DNA from: Candidatus Spongiisociaceae bacterium
GTDB taxonomy: Bacteria; Actinomycetota; Acidimicrobiia; Spongiisociales; Spongiisociaceae
Assembly: GCA_965262915.1 (NCBI GenBank)
Contig: OZ253564.1
Coordinates: 1,536,001 to 1,600,000 of the forward strand
Length of the DNA: 64,000 nucleotides
Direction: 5' to 3'
Position 1 is the first letter of the stretch. Every line of letters starts with the position of its first letter. A program made the position numbers and the translations under genes. Below the pieces are notes generated by a model. That model was given only the letters and a program-made list of their open reading frames with translations. It ran no database searches and had not been told where the DNA came from. Shown piece by piece: positions 60,262-64,000 of this stretch.

Positions 60262-60519
60262 CTAGCGAGCGGGGACTGTCACCTGCCCTACTACCTGACC
60301 GTTGAACGTCTGCGCGACTGTGACATGATCCGGCAGCGACGGGTCTAGGCGGACGATGAAGCCGCCTTCGAGGGCGTACCCGTCGGGGAGTCGTGCTGCC
60401 AAGGCGTCAAGCTCCGCCATAATTGCTTCGTCGTGTGCCCCCGCTGCGGCTTCGTCGGACAACCGCGACAAAGCGGCTTCCATCTCTTCCCAGGTTTCTA
60501 CGTGTTCACGGGTAGCCAT
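60262..60519 (-). CDS. Putative antitoxin of unrecognised family (cassette 1)
   Basis: Acidic N-half; LPDGY..DP.LPDH..NG..VP motif shared with 61448..61717; own TACGAT-N6-ATG promoter. Confidence 0.7.
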   Translation of the reverse strand: MATREHVETWEEMEAALSRLSDEAAAGAHDEAIMAELDALAARLPDGYALEGGFIVRLDPSLPDHVTVAQTFNGQVVGQVTVPAR

Positions 60520-60569
60520 CCCCGAATCGTAACACCGGCGGCGGCTCCGGGGTTGCTGTGGTTCGCTCA

Positions 60570-60812
60570 CTAGCGTAGATATCGTCGGTCCGTCCGGTCT
60601 GATATGACATGGGCGTGGTAGACAACCAATTCGCTGCCACGCCATTCGGCAAGAACCATGGCTGGGCCTTGAGATGTCGGTCCGACATAGCGTATTCCGC
60701 TCTCGCCCCGTCGGGTGGTTATGGCCGCATAGCCGAATGGGTGGTCAATAGCCCACTGGATGTCACCCTGGGTCAGTCCCTGCCTGAACGCGGATTGTAG
60801 GTAACGGGCCAT
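60570..60812 (-). CDS. Putative BrnT/RelE-fold toxin (cassette 1)
   Basis: SAFRQGLTQGDIQWAIDHP...YVGP...VVYHAH, resembling SA.KHG...DI...G...VIHA toxins. Confidence 0.6.
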   Translation of the reverse strand: MARYLQSAFRQGLTQGDIQWAIDHPFGYAAITTRRGESGIRYVGPTSQGPAMVLAEWRGSELVVYHAHVISDRTDRRYLR

Positions 60813-61447
60813 GTGATAAGGGGAAGATTACCCGCACGTGCGGGGGGCTGCGCCCGCGGCTAGCGGGGTCGGAGACGGTCGGATCGGGGGGGCGTTCACG
60901 GACCAGGTCGCGGACGGCGACTGTGGCTGCGGTTGGATGGCGCAGGCCCCTGCGGGAATGTGGAAGTCCCCCCCACTGTTAATGTGGAAGTCCCCGTGGG
61001 AGTGGTCGTATCACCGCAGGTCAGGGATGGTGGCGAACATCCCTCAGAGGGATGTTCGCCACTAATGGGCTGTGATGTTCGCCACTTAGGCGCTGAGGGG
61101 GTTGCAGGCACCGGTTTTGGGGTGTTCGGGCGGTGCCGGGTGGTGGTTCAGCTGGTTTCGCGGTGGGGTGGGATGGTTTTGGCGGCCCGGGGTGGGGGTG
61201 GGTGATGTTCGGGACGTGGCGGGTCGGACCCTTCCGGGTTGCCGCGTCGTGGGGGGTTAGCCTGCCTGGGGTGGTCCCCTGCTGTGCTGGTTCGGGTTGT
61301 GTTCCGCTGGCAGCGGCGACTGTTCGACGGTTGCCTCGGTGATGTGTGGGGTGTGTTCGGGTGTACTGGTGGGGTCGGGCCGGGCGTGGGTGTCAGGCTA
61401 TGCGGCTTGGGTTGATCCGTCCTGAGAGACGATAAGGGTCGGGGCTG

Positions 61448-61717
61448 CTACCGGCGGACGGGAACCCTGCACATACCGGAGGGGACACCGTTCACAAGAG
61501 CGGGTATGTAAAAATGGTCGGGCAGGCCCGGGTCGGTGCGTATCACATGGTTGTGTTCGTCGAGTACGTACCCGTCGGGTAGTTGGCTGGCTAGATATTC
61601 GATGACGTCCACCCCATGGTCGAACTCGCCCGCTTCAGCGGCCCGGGCCAGCTCCCGGTACCGCTCCTCCTCTTCTTCTTCGCTCAGGGTATCGGCCGCG
61701 TGTGATGTCATCGTCAT
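61448..61717 (-). CDS. Putative antitoxin of unrecognised family (cassette 2)
   Basis: Acidic N-half (EEEEEE); LPDGY..DP.LPDH..NG..VP; own TATGCT-N7-ATG promoter. Confidence 0.7.
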   Translation of the reverse strand: MTMTSHAADTLSEEEEEERYRELARAAEAGEFDHGVDVIEYLASQLPDGYVLDEHNHVIRTDPGLPDHFYIPALVNGVPSGMCRVPVRR

Positions 61718-61784
61718 GCGGCGCAGCATACCCCATCCGATACGCGAAAGGGTCTCCCCGCCCCCCCGGGGGACGGATAGCGGA

Positions 61785-62006
61785 CTAGTACCGTCTGCAT
61801 ATATCTGCGTGGAACACGACAATGTCCCCGCGATGGTCATACTCATAGAGCACTTCGATCAAGTCCATGTTCGACGCGAACCCGACTTTCGATATCACCA
61901 GCTGACTTCCCCTAAGTTCCGAAACGGAGATGGGGCTGTCTAGTACCCTTTCGATGTCCCAGCGTGTGTAACCGTGCTTGAACGCCGAGTTCTTATAGCG
62001 GACCAT
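61785..62006 (-). CDS. Putative BrnT/RelE-fold toxin (cassette 2)
   Basis: SAFKHGYTRWDIERVLDSP...VGF...IEV...VVFHAD; homologous to 60570..60812. Confidence 0.65.
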   Translation of the reverse strand: MVRYKNSAFKHGYTRWDIERVLDSPISVSELRGSQLVISKVGFASNMDLIEVLYEYDHRGDIVVFHADICRRY

Positions 62007-62469
62007 GCTCACCTTCGTCCCACCGGACACCAACTCGGTCGTCTCCAGACGACATCCAGGCTCGTAACAGATTAGGGACCACGGTGGAACCGGTCCAGAC
62101 ATGGTCGGGCACATACTGGACCAGGGGTTCCGTCAGAACCCGCGGGTGGATGGCGCAGGCCCCTGCGGGAATATGGAAGTCCCCCCACTGATAATGTGGA
62201 AGTCCCCATGGGAATGGTCGTATCACCGCAGGTCAGGGATGGTGGCGAACATCCCACGGCGGGGTCTTCGCGTGTTGGTGGGTGTCGGGTTCGCGGGTTA
62301 GGGGGTTCGGTCGGGCTTTTGGCTGGTTTGGGGGGTTTTTGGGGGTCTGATGGGGTGTGTGCGGTGCTGCGGGGTGCCGGTTATGGGTGTTGGTGGTGTT
62401 GGCGGCTGGTTGTGGACGCGTTTGGTTCGATGGGTGGGTCCCGTCGATGGGGGATGGGTCGGGGTTGGT

Positions 62470-62775
62470 TTATGGGGGTGCCCGGCTGGGTGTGGGATTG
62501 GTCGGGTGTGGGGTTGGTGTGGCTGATGCGGTGGTGTTGGGGGTTGTCTGGTCGCGGTGGGCCGGGGTGGTGTGGTTCCGGTTCTTGGGGCGGCAGGCGC
62601 GTCGGGTGTGTTTGAGGTTGTGGATGACGGCGGCCATGGGCGCGGCGAGTGTGTGAGCAGCGAGACCGAACGCGCGGCAGGATGCTCTGTTGAAGCTGCC
62701 GTCGTCTTTGATCATGCCGTTGACGCCTTCGACGGGGTTACGTCCGGCGTAGAACGACCCGTCGGTTCCGTCCAC
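62470..62775 (-). pseudogene. 3' remnant of a DDE transposase (IS4-like YREK motif)
   Basis: YAGRNPVEGVNGMIK = Y-x2-R-x3-E-x6-K; HNL; T/P-rich tail ending RAPP. Confidence 0.7.
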
Positions 62776-63132
62776 TAACCTGTACCGCTACCCGCCTGTC
62801 GCCAAGATATGTCAGGTCATCGGGGCAACACCCTCCCGGTGGGTACCCCCAATACCGATGGAAACAAAAACCCGAACAACGCTGACAACAACAAGTAGGA
62901 GAACGACAATGCGGGGACGGCGTGTCACAGGGTATCGATACAGTTGATCGCGATCAGCAATCTGGGGAGGTCGGTCAGGTGTTTCGGAACTTCTGGAAGT
63001 GGTTCACCGGCTTATACCCGGCTACGGTAGTAGCCGTGCCTGCGTTGGCATTCGACAGTGTCCGTCTTGACATATGCAGTACTGCACGACACAAAACCGC
63101 TACTGGTGACATGCGACATATAGACTCACAGC

Positions 63133-63867
63133 ATGGCTGACCGCAGCGCTATCGAGTGGACGGATGCTACCTGGAACCCCGTGACAGGATGTTCCCAGAC
63201 GTCGCCGGGTTGTGACAATTGCTACGCGTTGACACTCGCTGTACGTCTGAAGGCCATGGGTAATCCACGGTACCAAGTAGACGGAGACCCGAAACGAAGC
63301 GGACCCGGCTTCGGACTCCAACTCCACCACGACCTACTGGACGTTCCCCACAGGTGGAAACGCCAGCGAACCATTTTCGTGAACTCGATGAGCGATCTCT
63401 TCCATCCAGACGTTCCCTTCGATTTCATTACTGAGGTGTTCACCGTCATGAACGAGACCCGACGGCATCGCTTCCAGATTCTGACCAAACGTTCCCACCG
63501 GATGGCACGAACTGCTGTAGACCTCGATTGGTCAGACAACATCTGGATGGGGGTCAGCGTCGAGAATCGACGTTACACGTTTCGTATTGACCACCTGAGA
63601 GAAGTTCAAAGCCATATCCGATTCCTATCTCTCGAACCTCTAATCGGGCCGCTTCCCGCTCTTGACCTGACCGGGATACATTGGGTAATCGTAGGTGGTG
63701 AGAGCGGGTATAAGGCACGGCCTATTGATCCTGCTTGGGTTCGCGACATCCGTGACCAGTGTGCGGACGCTTCAGTACCGTTCTTCTTCAAACAGTGGGG
63801 GGGCCGTACATCTAAGGCTGGCGGTCGACTGCTTGACGACCGTACGTTTGACGAGATGCCTGTTTAG
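63133..63867 (+). CDS. Phage Gp37/Gp68 family (DUF5131) three-Cys protein
   Basis: IEWTDATWNPVTGC...SPGCDNCYA, FVNSMSDLFH, LTKR, WVIVGGESG, FFKQWGG. Confidence 0.93.
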   Translation: MADRSAIEWTDATWNPVTGCSQTSPGCDNCYALTLAVRLKAMGNPRYQVDGDPKRSGPGFGLQLHHDLLDVPHRWKRQRTIFVNSMSDLFHPDVPFDFITEVFTVMNETRRHRFQILTKRSHRMARTAVDLDWSDNIWMGVSVENRRYTFRIDHLREVQSHIRFLSLEPLIGPLPALDLTGIHWVIVGGESGYKARPIDPAWVRDIRDQCADASVPFFFKQWGGRTSKAGGRLLDDRTFDEMPV

Positions 63868-63882
63868 GAAACTAGTCCCCAG

Positions 63883-64000
63883 ATGAGTGATCGGCTGTTC
63901 GACCCTGGCCCTGAGACGCGAACCGAAGTGCGGATCAAGTCACTGACAGAACCCGTCTGGAGCGAGAACAAGGCTTTGCTGATCGCGCGGTACCTGCGGT
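63883..64000 (+). CDS. Probable three-Cys-motif partner protein TcmP, 3'-truncated by the window edge
   Basis: VWSENKALLIARYL N-terminal motif; directly follows DUF5131. Confidence 0.6.
   Translation, partial: MSDRLFDPGPETRTEVRIKSLTEPVWSENKALLIARYLR

Larger units (their letters stand above)
60053..61043. mobile_element. Cassette 1: non-autonomous TIR-bounded element carrying a gene pair
   Basis: Ends GGGATGTTCGCCACC...GGTGGCGAACATCCC; 204-bp left arm and 110-bp right arm shared with cassette 2. Confidence 0.85.
61049..62255. mobile_element. Cassette 2: non-autonomous TIR-bounded element carrying a gene pair
   Basis: Same arms as cassette 1; followed by ACGGC, which duplicates 60048-60052. 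Confidence 0.85.

Noticed and set aside
60053-62255. CRISPR array or classical integron
   Set aside because: The repeats are 110-204 bp arms around ~0.7-0.9 kb gene cargo, not short repeats with spacers. No cas or intI gene and no attC-like pattern was seen.
63133-63867. Prophage inferred from the Gp37/Gp68 family name
   Set aside because: There are no structural, terminase or integrase genes in the window, and the family is common outside phages.

Overview
High-GC bacterial chromosome segment. It is most consistent with an actinobacterium of the Acidimicrobiia type, inferred from Cys-containing SLH-like repeats, an F420-dependent nitroreductase, the deoC-ALDH cluster and many leaderless promoters. 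The backbone is housekeeping: rmuC, deoC, pgl, rpiB, iscS-mnmA-ligA, dapC-dapD-dapE, gatCAB, ilvE and gltX. Three accessory regions interrupt it. (i) A decaying toxin-antitoxin (TA) cluster at 16.9-19.1 kb. (ii) A ~16 kb catabolic island after gltX (39-55 kb) with a sugar ABC transporter, SDR, lactonase-like MBL, enolase-superfamily enzyme, HpaI aldolase, DmpFG, an MlrC-like peptidase and an orphan E1alpha/E1beta/lipoyl module. (iii) A mobile region starting at the 3' end of tRNA-Glu(TTC). The most striking structure is in (iii): two tandem ~1.0 and ~1.2 kb cassettes with near-identical ends and 14-15-bp terminal inverted repeats. A 5-bp ACGGC duplication flanks the pair. Each cassette carries a strongly diverged toxin-like gene plus an unrecognised partner gene. 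A YREK-type transposase remnant and a Gp37/Gp68-TcmP pair follow. No CRISPR array or rRNA was seen. All family calls come from motif recognition by eye; no database searches were run.
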